Source: Rubripirellula sp.
GTDB lineage: Bacteria > Planctomycetota > Planctomycetia > Pirellulales > Pirellulaceae
Length of the DNA: 64,000 bases
Reading direction: 5' to 3'
NCBI GenBank assembly: GCA_965216875.1
Contig: OZ244207.1
Location: 3,328,001 to 3,392,000, forward strand
Shown here: positions 18,063-28,500 of the stretch, one piece after another
How the letters are laid out: each line of letters opens with the position of its first letter
Position numbering within the stretch: position 1 is the stretch's first letter
Notes under the pieces: model-generated
The model's database searches: none
What the model saw: the letters and a program-made list of their open reading frames with translations, nothing else
What the model was told of the DNA's origin: nothing
Position numbers and translations under genes: made by a program

Positions 18063-20180
18063 CTATGACTTGAACCAAACAAGTGTTGCCAGTTCACCAA
18101 TCACACAACCAAGCATGGCAAGTGCGGCCCACACCCAAAGTGAGTCGGTTTGCGATGCCGATTGCGCCGTCGTTTCGTAATCGAGTTTCCGACCACCCGA
18201 AAGACGCTGCTGCAAGACCTCCTGTGACAAAGCCCGCAAGTCCTGCTCGGACGGATCACTACGAACCGCCTCGGCCCACAGTGTTTGGTTCTTGTTGTCT
18301 TTGACGCGATAGACACCTGGAGCGGTCGCAGCCGTCCAGTTCCAAACGAGCGTCCCGTCATGAGATTGAATCTTCCCAGCCGGTGGATCGTCTTCGCTTC
18401 CCGTCGTGCGCGAAACCGCCACGTCATCGGGGCTCGCAATCCCAGCGGGTAGGTCACGCACAATGGGCTGACCGCTCGACGTTCCACCCACCGCGCCACC
18501 CGAGTCGGTCAGTCGCCCAACGGTTTCGACCAACATCGGAATGAAGCCCGCCTGGTAAGCGATGTTACTTGCCGACAGATCGGCGTTGAGCACGGCGAGT
18601 TTTCCAGCACCGACATCGGTGAAGTACAACAGCGTCGAACGATCCGAAAGTGTGGCGGTAACCGCATCGACGATCGCATCATCCAGTGTTCTGGTCGGGC
18701 ATCCTCCACCAACGCGCCAATGCTTGGCGGCAACCGTCAGCGTTTCGCCGAATGCGTCGAAGGGTGCACTTTCGCGATCAAAGTCTTCCACTTTCAAATC
18801 GCGTCGCTTGTCCGATTCCATCGATGCGATCAACTCGACTGGCGGCTGCATCTCGCTGCCAAGATTCTCTTGCAAGCTCTTGAGGTTGTTTGCGTCGGCG
18901 GGCCCACGAGCGATGTAAAGAACGGATTGGCCACGTCGAAGCCATGACGCAACTCGAGGCGCGACCGTATCGTCCCAGGCCTCAACATCGGTGATCACCC
19001 AAAGCCGCGCGGCTTGTGCCGTCGGAGTGTCGAGCGTGCCGGGCGTGATCAACGCCAAGTCCGAATCCTTCTGCTGTTCAAACGATTCGTCGTCGCTGTG
19101 CCGCGAAAGCGCCTGTCGGACAAAAAACGCACCATTGCCCGGACGGTTCTCGGCCTCGGTCACAATCGCAATGCGAGTTTCAGGCCGCACGCCGATGGCG
19201 ATTGGCAACACGTCATCGGCAGGCAATGCGTCATGCGCTTCGACCAACCGGACGTTTCCCCACTGCCAGCCCGAATCAGGCCAGTCGACCGAAATCTGCA
19301 TCGTCGATTCGGATTGCGCATCGACGTTGCCTTCCACCGCCCGCGTGAGTGGGCCGAGCTCAAGTTCCACTTTCACATTTCGATTGTCACCGCTGTGGTT
19401 GGCGACATCGACCAACAATGTCACCGGCTTTCCGGCGGTCGGCGTCGCCGTCAATCGCACTTCTTTGATCGCCAAGTTGCCCGGTGTTTCCTCTGACGAC
19501 ATCGCGATCAATCGAACCTCGGTGTCTTCCGGCAATGCACTGAAGTCGGCCCGTGCCCAACTTGCCCGTTGAAAGTCGCTAATCACAACCAGTTCGCGTT
19601 TGGCATCGCTTGCCGATTGAGCGAACTGGCGAGTCGCTTCGTCAAATGCAGCCGAAACGTTGATCGCGGCCCCCGTTACTTTGGCATCAGCCAATCGATC
19701 GCGCAACAGCCGCAGGTTTGCACTCGGCGTTTCGAAGACCGCACCCGGATCGTGTGAGGCAATCAACAGGTTCGCCGCGAGATTCGGTTTGTAAGCGAGT
19801 TCCTTGGCCGCCGCAGCTCTCGCTTCGTCAAACCGTGTCGCAGCTTCAGCGATCGCCCCCATGCTTTGACTTGCATCGACCAAGACAATCTTGACTCGAT
19901 CCGCTTGCTCGCCGGTTTGGGGTCTTTGGTCACCATCGAGCAATGGTCGCGCGATCGCCATCGCCAATAGCGCCACGGCCAGCGACCGAAATAGCAACAC
20001 CAGAAAATCACGCAACCGATCTTTTGCTCGTCGTTGATGCAAGGCGTCCGAAACCAATCGGATCGTCGACAACGGCATCCGAACCGGCTGAGGCCGTGTC
20101 AACAGATGGACGACGACTGGAATCGCAGCGCCACAGAGTCCGATGACAAACAACATTGGATGCATGAACATGGCGGTCAC
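18063..20180 (-). CDS. BatA-domain / vWA protein
   Basis: N-terminal AAIPVVVHLL...LLAMAIARP (BatA), LVDASQSM, VVISDFQ and a C-terminal TM. Confidence 0.88.
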   Translation of the reverse strand: MTAMFMHPMLFVIGLCGAAIPVVVHLLTRPQPVRMPLSTIRLVSDALHQRRAKDRLRDFLVLLFRSLAVALLAMAIARPLLDGDQRPQTGEQADRVKIVLVDASQSMGAIAEAATRFDEARAAAAKELAYKPNLAANLLIASHDPGAVFETPSANLRLLRDRLADAKVTGAAINVSAAFDEATRQFAQSASDAKRELVVISDFQRASWARADFSALPEDTEVRLIAMSSEETPGNLAIKEVRLTATPTAGKPVTLLVDVANHSGDNRNVKVELELGPLTRAVEGNVDAQSESTMQISVDWPDSGWQWGNVRLVEAHDALPADDVLPIAIGVRPETRIAIVTEAENRPGNGAFFVRQALSRHSDDESFEQQKDSDLALITPGTLDTPTAQAARLWVITDVEAWDDTVAPRVASWLRRGQSVLYIARGPADANNLKSLQENLGSEMQPPVELIASMESDKRRDLKVEDFDRESAPFDAFGETLTVAAKHWRVGGGCPTRTLDDAIVDAVTATLSDRSTLLYFTDVGAGKLAVLNADLSASNIAYQAGFIPMLVETVGRLTDSGGAVGGTSSGQPIVRDLPAGIASPDDVAVSRTTGSEDDPPAGKIQSHDGTLVWNWTAATAPGVYRVKDNKNQTLWAEAVRSDPSEQDLRALSQEVLQQRLSGGRKLDYETTAQSASQTDSLWVWAALAMLGCVIGELATLVWFKS

Positions 20181-21202
20181 CCTGCGCGCTGCACGAGGAA
20201 TTGGCTCAGGGTATCCAAGTAGCTGGTCGCCGTACTGATCCGACGATAGTCCGCACCGACGGCGGTCGATATCGTTCGAGCCCGCTCAAGATGCTCGCGC
20301 CAACGTTTGCGGTAGAGCTCGCGAACCTCATTGACGCGGCAGCGCACGTTGCCTTCGCCTTCGAGACCTTCGAACTGAAACGCAACACCTTCGGGCAAGT
20401 CCTCTTCGTCCGGATGGATCAAATGCAAAATGACAATCTCCCATCCGCGATGACGGTAGTTTCGCAGTGACGCCGTCAAATCGGTCAGATCGTCGACCAA
20501 CAAATCACTCAGCAACAACATCACGCCGCGACCATGGACGCGACCGATGATCGTTTCGAGTCCGCCCGCCAAGTCGGTTTCGGGAACCGTCTTGATCGAC
20601 TCGATCGCTTCATAAAGTGACCGAGCGTGCGATTCGGTACTTCCCGGGGCCAAGTATTGATGTAGCCCGCCGCCTACAAGTCCCAATCCCGCTTGATCGC
20701 CGCCGCGTGTGACGAGATGTGTCAGCGCGGTAGCAAAGTATTGCGCGTACGTCAGCTTGTCGGGTGCGTCGCTGCGACTAGCGCCACCCGGTAACTTTTT
20801 ACGTAGCCAACCGGTGGCGGCACCTTGAGTCGGGCGACCGTCGAATTGCATCGAACCGCTGCAATCGATCACCGAAAGGCAGGAAAGATTCGTGTCTTCC
20901 TGAAAGCGTTTGATGTAAGCGCGACCGGTCCGCCCGAGGACCCGCCAATCGAGGCGTCTCAGGTCGTCGCCTGGCGTATAGGGTCGATAGTCCGCGAACT
21001 CACCCGAGCCGCCCATCGCGCGCGATCGGTGACGGCCACTGTAGGGACCGTCGACCCGATTGGGCGTCACGAACCGCATGTGTTCGAGCGCCACCAATTG
21101 ACGTAACTCAAGGAAGCGGTATTGCGTTTCGGATCGGCCCTTCGCCCCCTCTGCCGCGCTCGCGCCAATATTCTTCGCCCCAACCCCCGATGCAACACTC
21201 AC
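20177..21202 (-). CDS. DUF58 protein (MoxR-associated, vWA-like)
   Basis: GRHRS...GSGEFADYRPYTPGDDLRRLDWRV, IDCSGSM, LLSDL. Confidence 0.93.
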   Translation of the reverse strand: MSVASGVGAKNIGASAAEGAKGRSETQYRFLELRQLVALEHMRFVTPNRVDGPYSGRHRSRAMGGSGEFADYRPYTPGDDLRRLDWRVLGRTGRAYIKRFQEDTNLSCLSVIDCSGSMQFDGRPTQGAATGWLRKKLPGGASRSDAPDKLTYAQYFATALTHLVTRGGDQAGLGLVGGGLHQYLAPGSTESHARSLYEAIESIKTVPETDLAGGLETIIGRVHGRGVMLLLSDLLVDDLTDLTASLRNYRHRGWEIVILHLIHPDEEDLPEGVAFQFEGLEGEGNVRCRVNEVRELYRKRWREHLERARTISTAVGADYRRISTATSYLDTLSQFLVQRAG

Positions 21203-22200
21203 GATTGCACCTTGTCGAGCAAGTGTTGCACGATGCCATCGGCGTCAATCTGATCGCCGATCGCGCGGTGATTGCCGAGAACGCGATGCCGCAAGACAGG
21301 CAGGGCAATGGAACGCACATCTTCGGCTGTGGGAGCGGCGCGGCCCGACAAAAGCGCCTTCGCTTTCGATGCCATCGCAAGGCACTGAGATCCACGAGGG
21401 CCCGCCCCAAAAGCGACGTATTGCTTGACGAATTCGTCAGCGTCCGATTCGTAGGGGCGACTAGCGCGACACAGGCGAACCACATAATCGATGACGTTAT
21501 CGGGCACCGGGGCGGCCGTGACCAGCTCACGCAATTCGATAAACGCGTCTCGAGTCAGCGTCGATTGCGGAAGCTCCGGTGTGGCGCCCGCCGTCCGGCG
21601 CACGATATCTTTTTCTTGATCCGAGGTTGGGTAGCCGACATGAATCTCCATCATGAAGCGGTCAAGCTGAGCCTCGGGCAACGGGTAAGTCCCCTCCTGC
21701 TCGATCGGGTTTTGCGTCGCAACCACCAAGAAAGGGTCGTCCATCGCATGCGTCACGCCAGCAACCGTTGCGTGCCGTTCGGCCATCGCTTCCAAAAGAG
21801 CCGATTGCGTCTTTGGCGTCGCGCGGTTGATCTCATCTGCCAAAACCAAATTGGCAAAGATAGGTCCGCGCCGAAAAACCATTTCGCGTTTTCCCTCTTC
21901 GCCTTCGCCCATCAACTCATAGCCCGTGATATCCGAAGGCATCAGGTCAGGCGTGAATTGGATTCGCGAAAAGTTCCAATCGAATGCCGATGAAAGCGCT
22001 TTGACCACAAGCGTCTTTGCCAAACCGGGTACACCAACCAAGAGGGCGTGCGATCCGGTCAAAGCGCAAGTTAGCAATTGATCAATCGTCTCCTCCTGAC
22101 CGACGATGACCTGATGCAACGCATCGCGAATCGACTGAACCTGACGACCAAACCCTTCAATCCGTTGGGCGGTGCTGTTGTCACTAATGTCCACTGCCAT
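21199..22200 (-). CDS. moxR: MoxR-family AAA+ ATPase
   Basis: Walker A GVPGLAKT, RIQFTPDLMPSD, Walker B LADEINRA, ATQNPIEQEGTYPLPEAQLDRF. Start set at MAVDIS (22200). Confidence 0.95.
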   Translation of the reverse strand: MAVDISDNSTAQRIEGFGRQVQSIRDALHQVIVGQEETIDQLLTCALTGSHALLVGVPGLAKTLVVKALSSAFDWNFSRIQFTPDLMPSDITGYELMGEGEEGKREMVFRRGPIFANLVLADEINRATPKTQSALLEAMAERHATVAGVTHAMDDPFLVVATQNPIEQEGTYPLPEAQLDRFMMEIHVGYPTSDQEKDIVRRTAGATPELPQSTLTRDAFIELRELVTAAPVPDNVIDYVVRLCRASRPYESDADEFVKQYVAFGAGPRGSQCLAMASKAKALLSGRAAPTAEDVRSIALPVLRHRVLGNHRAIGDQIDADGIVQHLLDKVQS

Positions 22201-22751
22201 ATTCAAGCTACTCAAGCAATAGGGAGGAGAGATTGCCGAACACGCAAAGTGATGCGATGCAAACGGCCGCGAGCGAACGAGAAAACCCTTCCAACACGTC
22301 TGCCAAGTACGTTTGCCCAGCATGCCTTTTGCTTGACCGCACCACCCAGCCAGACAACCCGTCTAATGATAAGGGGCTCTCAGGCTGACATGCAAACTTT
22401 TACATTCGCCTGACATTCCCAAACGAACTCGGCTCAATGAGTACGATCGACGGGCGGGAAAGTTAGGAAATTTCGCCGTTTTTCTCTCTGCTGTTCCACG
22501 TCTCAATCATTGCGATCAAGCGAGCCAAATCCCCAGGAACGCCCGGCGCATCGACGAAGAACCATGGCAAGCGAGTTGATGAAACAGAAAGAGGGCTGAC
22601 TGAAAAATCCAAGAAACCGCCAACCCTTGGGCGGATAACTCGATAGTGCGTGCCGCAGATCCAACGTTTTCGACGCGTAACAAGCCGTTGGCAACTGCTA
22701 TCTGTTTAGGATCGGATATCCTTTTCACGAGTCAGCCCAATCGAGTAGCCG

Positions 22752-23333
22752 ATGGATCCTCAACAACTGGAACAGCACATCGAGGCGGTCAAAGGGGGCA
22801 AACGCGCTCAGTTTCGTCCCATCGTCGAGGCGATGTTGCCGGTCCTTCGCTCCTACGTTGTGGCGCGCAGCCTGCCCGGAATCGATGTCGACGAGATCAT
22901 TCAACGCGTTTTCGTTGAAACCTACAAGCGAATCGGCGAATACCGTTCAGGAACCCAGTTCCGCGCCTGGCTGATCACGATCGCTCGCTACCAACTACTG
23001 ATGGAAGCGACGCGTCTCAGACGCCAAGCCGATTACCATTCGCGTTTTGTTCCGGTCGCCATTGCCAGACAGATGGAGCAGCGACTTGCCGATGACGATT
23101 CCGAAGATCAACGATTGCCCTACCTTCGCGAATGCCTCGACGAGATCCAAGGCACTTCACGGGAATTGATCCGCCATCGATACGAAGCCGATCTATCGAT
23201 GAACGACATTGCAGCAATCACTCAAAGGACCAACGGCGCAATTCGCAAACAACTGTGCCTGATCCGCAAACGCTTGCACGAATGCATCGATGCAAAGATG
23301 AACGCGCAAAACGGTTTCGTGGGAGGCATCTAA
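22752..23333 (+). CDS. ECF-type RNA polymerase sigma-70 factor
   Basis: DEIIQRVFV...FRAWLITIARY (region 2) and LRECLDEI...IRKRLHECI (region 4). Confidence 0.92.
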   Translation: MDPQQLEQHIEAVKGGKRAQFRPIVEAMLPVLRSYVVARSLPGIDVDEIIQRVFVETYKRIGEYRSGTQFRAWLITIARYQLLMEATRLRRQADYHSRFVPVAIARQMEQRLADDDSEDQRLPYLRECLDEIQGTSRELIRHRYEADLSMNDIAAITQRTNGAIRKQLCLIRKRLHECIDAKMNAQNGFVGGI

Positions 23334-25004
23334 GTGACTTCCGAAAGATCCGAAGAACTACTCGGCGCAATCCTCGATGGCGAGGCGACGGAACTGGAAA
23401 TCGCCGAACTCAACACACTGGCCGAGCAAGACGAAGCCCTGGCGATGGAGGTTGCTGATCGTATCAGCGAACATCGGCTGCTTGGCCTGATTCATCAACC
23501 CTTCGATTCCGAGCTCTGTGTCGATGCAATCATGGACGCGATCGATCAGGAGGATCAAGCGACGTCGGACCAAATTTTCTCAGGACTCCCCGATCACCAA
23601 TCGACGACTCCCGATTACCACCGCAGACGTGTCCTCCTTGCCTCGATCGCCGCAACGATCGCATTGGCTTTTTGCGTCTATTGGCTGGCGTTCCGATCCG
23701 ATTCTGAAAAGGATTCAACGTCACCCTTGCAAGCGGAACGTCGATCGCCGCGAGGATCGATTGCCACGCTCGTCCTTGATGAAAAATGTGCTTGGTCGCC
23801 GACCAACCCACTTGTCGAAGGCGAGCGAATAGGACGAGGACCTATCGAACTAAAAAGTGGCACGGCAATCTTTCGGTTCGACAACGGTGCTGAGTTGGTG
23901 ATGAGCGGGCCTGCGACGATCGAGCCACAATCGGCGGCCAGTGTTGCGGTGCATCTTGGCGACGTGGTGGTCCGCGCCACCGACGGCGCCGAGGGGTTCG
24001 TTGTCCTCACGCCAACAAGTGAAGTCATCGACCTGGGCACTGAATTCGCCGTCAAAGTCGAGGCCGAAGGCAACACCGAACTGCATGTGCTCGATGGCGA
24101 AGTGAGTTGCCGCAAACTCGGTGACCCCGATCAATTGGCCAAGATTGTTCGTGCCGGCCAAGGGCTATCAATTCACTCGGATAGCCGGCCGGTCGCCGTC
24201 CCGATGAACTCGCCTCGTTTCCGCGAATATGTCCGGCAACTCAACCCACGTCCCCAATCCCATCTGCTGGACGTCTACGAAGGTTTCAATTATTCGCCCG
24301 GGTTTCTCCCGCTCGGTGACAGCACCGTTGGAATCGGTTGGCGTGGGCCTTGGCGAAAACGCAAGCCCTTCGAAATGACGCGTCCGTATGAAGATGCGTC
24401 GCCGGACGAACTCGAAATCGTTCACGGACAAATGAACGTCACATGGCCCGTTCCAGGCGGACGGATGGGCATGCTGAAACTTCCGGCGGGAAACACCTAC
24501 TACGTCAGGCCGATGGAACACGCGATCGACCTCGGCGAGAACTCGATCACGTATGTCAGCATGATGGTGCGAGAAACGGAGCGTCGAAATAAAAAAAGAG
24601 GGCCACGCGAACGGTTGCGTTTAACGTTTCGTTCACTCGACCATTACTATTCCCAGTACATCAGTTTTGGGCACAGCGGCCGCTACCAACCACGTGTGCA
24701 AACCGGCGACGGAGCGCTTCACCGTTCGCCTCAAATCTTGCCAGCCGAACAGACCACTCTTTGGATTGGCAAAATCATCTCGCGCAAAAATAGCGAAGAC
24801 GAAATCTATTTTCGCGTCTACGGCGAAGGTGACACACTCGGGTACGCCGAACCTGCTTCGTGGCACGTCGTTTCGCGTGGCGTCGACTTCGACAACCGCC
24901 TCGATTGCGTGATCCTGAGCTCCGAAGGCACCACTGAACGGATTGTCGACGAAATCCGAATCGGCCCCACCTGGCGTAGCGTCGCCCCCATCATCACGCA
25001 GTGA
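23334..25004 (+). CDS. FecR-domain anti-sigma factor with an extended extracytoplasmic domain
   Basis: Starts directly after the sigma stop codon; one TM; GFVVLTPTSEVIDLGTEFAV...LHVLDGEV; C-terminal VDEIRIGPTW. Confidence 0.9.
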   Translation: MTSERSEELLGAILDGEATELEIAELNTLAEQDEALAMEVADRISEHRLLGLIHQPFDSELCVDAIMDAIDQEDQATSDQIFSGLPDHQSTTPDYHRRRVLLASIAATIALAFCVYWLAFRSDSEKDSTSPLQAERRSPRGSIATLVLDEKCAWSPTNPLVEGERIGRGPIELKSGTAIFRFDNGAELVMSGPATIEPQSAASVAVHLGDVVVRATDGAEGFVVLTPTSEVIDLGTEFAVKVEAEGNTELHVLDGEVSCRKLGDPDQLAKIVRAGQGLSIHSDSRPVAVPMNSPRFREYVRQLNPRPQSHLLDVYEGFNYSPGFLPLGDSTVGIGWRGPWRKRKPFEMTRPYEDASPDELEIVHGQMNVTWPVPGGRMGMLKLPAGNTYYVRPMEHAIDLGENSITYVSMMVRETERRNKKRGPRERLRLTFRSLDHYYSQYISFGHSGRYQPRVQTGDGALHRSPQILPAEQTTLWIGKIISRKNSEDEIYFRVYGEGDTLGYAEPASWHVVSRGVDFDNRLDCVILSSEGTTERIVDEIRIGPTWRSVAPIITQ

Positions 25005-25111
25005 GAGAGCTGAAAGTGTTGCGGCGAGCGTCTAGAATCTCTTGAGACGGTTGCACGCCAATCGTGCAACGCCTGCCACCTCTCGCTCAACACCCATCCG
25101 GAGAAGCCTCC

Positions 25112-25579
25112 ATGCGTCGCATCCTTTGCACCTGCGCGATCCTGCTCTTGTCCCTTCCCACCGTCGCCCTGTCACAAGACGCGACCGAAGGCGAACACCC
25201 GCTCGTTACTGACGTGAAGGAGCAACTTGGCAAACGCAAACACACGCTCCCCTTCATCATGGTGATCGACCTGCAATGCAAGAAAGAAACGCGAGCCGAT
25301 TTTGTCGCGGCGATGCGAATTGCGATCGCAGAAACCCGAAAAGAAGAGGGTAACGTCCGCTACCAATTGGTCGCCGACCCGAAAGATCAAACACAGTTCC
25401 AAATGTACGAGCAATGGCGAAACATGGACGGCTTTCTGGCACACATGAAAGCACCTTACATCGCCGAGCTCGAATCAAAACTCGGTGACCTGCTCGAAGG
25501 TGACATCGAACTCAAAGTGATGGTCCCCGTGCCCAACAAGGCCGGCGGCAAGAAAGGTGGCAAGAAGAAAGCGAAGTGA
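25112..25579 (+). CDS. ABM / putative quinol monooxygenase family protein with signal peptide
   Basis: GGAG RBS; ETRKEEGNVRYQL...FQMYEQW...AHMKAPY; Lys-rich tail. Confidence 0.85.
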   Translation: MRRILCTCAILLLSLPTVALSQDATEGEHPLVTDVKEQLGKRKHTLPFIMVIDLQCKKETRADFVAAMRIAIAETRKEEGNVRYQLVADPKDQTQFQMYEQWRNMDGFLAHMKAPYIAELESKLGDLLEGDIELKVMVPVPNKAGGKKGGKKKAK

Positions 25580-25586
25580 TCGCTCT

Positions 25587-28500
25587 CTAAGAATCGTCAC
25601 CGATGCAAATGATTTCTTTGCTGGTGCGTTGATAAAACCGTCCGTTGGCCGCTGCCAACGGACTTAGCGACCACGTCTGGCCTGGCAATCCGAAATCGCA
25701 AACATCCAACAAAGCATCAGGGCCAAAGTCTTTGGCCGTCGCGTCGACCACGTAAACCGTCCCCAAGATCGTGCTGAAATAGATCTTGTCGTTGACCACG
25801 ATCGGTGTGGCGGCCGAAACATGTCCGAAACCATGACCGAGTCGACGGCGGTCACCTTCGACCGCGAATCCAGAACCGGTCTCATCCCCCGAACGAAAAT
25901 CGTTCCACGCATAGACGGCCTCTCCATGCTCGATCTTCACTTGCAACGGAACCTGCAGGTAGTTCACTTCGCCCGAGCCGAGATTCACACGCCCGATAAA
26001 TCCTGGCTTGCCACTCAGGAAAAAGTGGTAGTCACCAACACCGATGTTGGTTCGATGCGTTAGCAATCGAGACATCTTTAACTCAGACACATCAACTGGC
26101 TCGTTGTATTTCCCGGTCGCTTCATCAAATGTGATCGCAGTGCCAGCGCCGCTGAGGTTAATCGTCTTGACCGTTTTACCGGTTGCCACATCGAGGACGT
26201 GCATGCTTTTGCGGTCGAAGCAATAGGCATGCTTGTTGTCGATAAAATGCGTTCCTTCAACAAAGAGATTGGGTCGGTCCCAAACCGAGTCGAACGAATC
26301 GTTGAGGCGAGAGAGGCTAAGGCCATAAGGTTTTTCAGGGGGAAAATGACTCCCGCCCTTGGCATGTAAAAGAACGATGTCGCCGTCAAGTTGACCGATC
26401 GCCCCCTTGCTGTGAACGGTGATCCCCCCGGCCATGACACCACTCGGATCGCCGGTCAACGCATCGAAGCTTCGCACGAACATCCACGGCCAACCCGCCT
26501 TGCTGTTCTTGTCATAGTCCTTTGCAGTCTGCGGACGCCGCAGTGGATCGCTTTCGTCACGTAGCGCGGCGTAAAACAGTTTCCCATCGTGCAGGAACGG
26601 CTGAAATTGTTTCGCCGAATGTTTGGTCCGGACTTCGAACGATCTTTCCCACACCAATTCGCCATGAACGGTATAGCAAGCCATGAATCCGCCAGCGTTG
26701 ACGAACCAAACATGCTGGCCGTCAGTAACGGGTGTTGGCGTGGTCGAGTCATTGAACACACCGTTGACCTGATTGGGACGTTTGCCCGGCAGCTCGCAAC
26801 TCCAAAGGATGTCGCCGGTATGGGCAGAAAGACAGAATCCTCGCGTCTCGGCCGCCCATGTTCCGCGTTTGTCATTGTCGGCTTCGGTCAGCTCGCGAAA
26901 ACAAGTCAGAAACAACTTGTCACCCCAAACTGCGATCCCGCTTTGCCCCGTTTCTGGCAGCGGTCGTCTCCACAACACGTTCTTGTTTGTGCTGACACTC
27001 CAACTGGTTGGATACGATCGCGGCGATGTCACCGTGTAGTCTTGGTTGGGGCCCCGATGATTCGCCCATTGATCGCTCGCCTTCACGGCACCAGTCGTTT
27101 TGGCCGAGCCTTCGCCGTCGCGGGTGCGGTACAAGAATGCATCGGAGGTGAGTAATGACGTGAGCAGCGCTTTCATGCTGCCGTTGTTGTCACGATACGC
27201 GTGCCAGGCCGCTTGGAGCACAGGCGCGTCATGAATGGTTTCGTTGCGTCCCATCCAAAACCGAAACACGTGACGTACAAAGACTTGTTCGACCCGCTTG
27301 CTCTCGGCCAACCGATCGATCATTTCGATCGCATTGTCGACCGGGCCATCGAGGTCTTTGTCGCCGCTACCGATCACTTCGCCACTGGTATCCACCGGCT
27401 CTTTGAGTTCGATCGTGCGGTAGAGTCCGAGGTGGTTGTACATTTCAAAAGGCAACCCGAGCGGATCCATCTTTTGATGACAGCGCCAACATTCGCTCTC
27501 GCGAGTGACGCGCATGCGGTGCCGAAGCGTTTGCTTCGGTTCATCCGGCAGCATTGCATCGACCGTGATGGGAACGTCCGGAACGGCACCACCAAGCAGA
27601 CGTTCTCGCACCCATTTGCCGCGCAGAATGGCATGATTGTCCATTGCGTCCGAATGCGAGACCAACCAGCTTGGATGCGTCAGAATCCCGCGACGTTGCT
27701 CGCGTGGAAGCGTCGTCAGTCGCCGCTGCGTCTTTCCGCGTTTGACGACGCGCGCGATGCGAACATGAATCGACTCACCGCCTGGCAGCTCGGCCGGCTC
27801 GATCGTGACGCGGCGTTGATTGCGACGCTTCTTCGGATTCGGATCAGGCTCAGGTTTGTCGCTACTGATGTACTGGCCCAAATAGGCTGCATCGTTGTTG
27901 GGATCAGCAACCACGCGGTCGGTCGTCAGAAGCTGGCGAAGAACCTGTCGATCCTCATGCAAAATCAATTCCACCAAACGATCCGTACTCGCAGTCATCG
28001 CGAACATGGCGCGGTAATGGTTTTGCGGATTTGGCATCCCGCCTGCCGCCAAGAGCGCTTGGTTGTCCTTGCAATTGGCGCCTGCTCGATCGTAGTCAAA
28101 GTACTCTCGAAAGAACTGCAAGAGCCTCGGCTTGCGGATCGAATCGTCCTCGAGAATACGTGCAACTTCTCGCCGAACATCTTCTCGAGTTCGCAGCTGA
28201 CCGCTTGCGGCTGCTTGCTTCAGCTGTGAATCGGGCGGCAAATAACTCAGCGCGGCGTTGATCGCCAACGCAAGTTCCTGGTCCTGGAGCATCACGCGGC
28301 CATGAGCATCTGCGGCACCGGTTTCAACCAGTTCGGCACGAAACAGTGCGTCGCGATCCAAAAAGATCGGTGTCAATCCGAGGATCACACCGTCCTCTTT
28401 GCCAAGGTCGTCGATCGCTTCTTTTGCAACGGCGATGTAGTCGGCCGTTTCTGATTCAGTGGGCGGTCGGCACGTTAATGACTCGAACAAAAACTCGACC

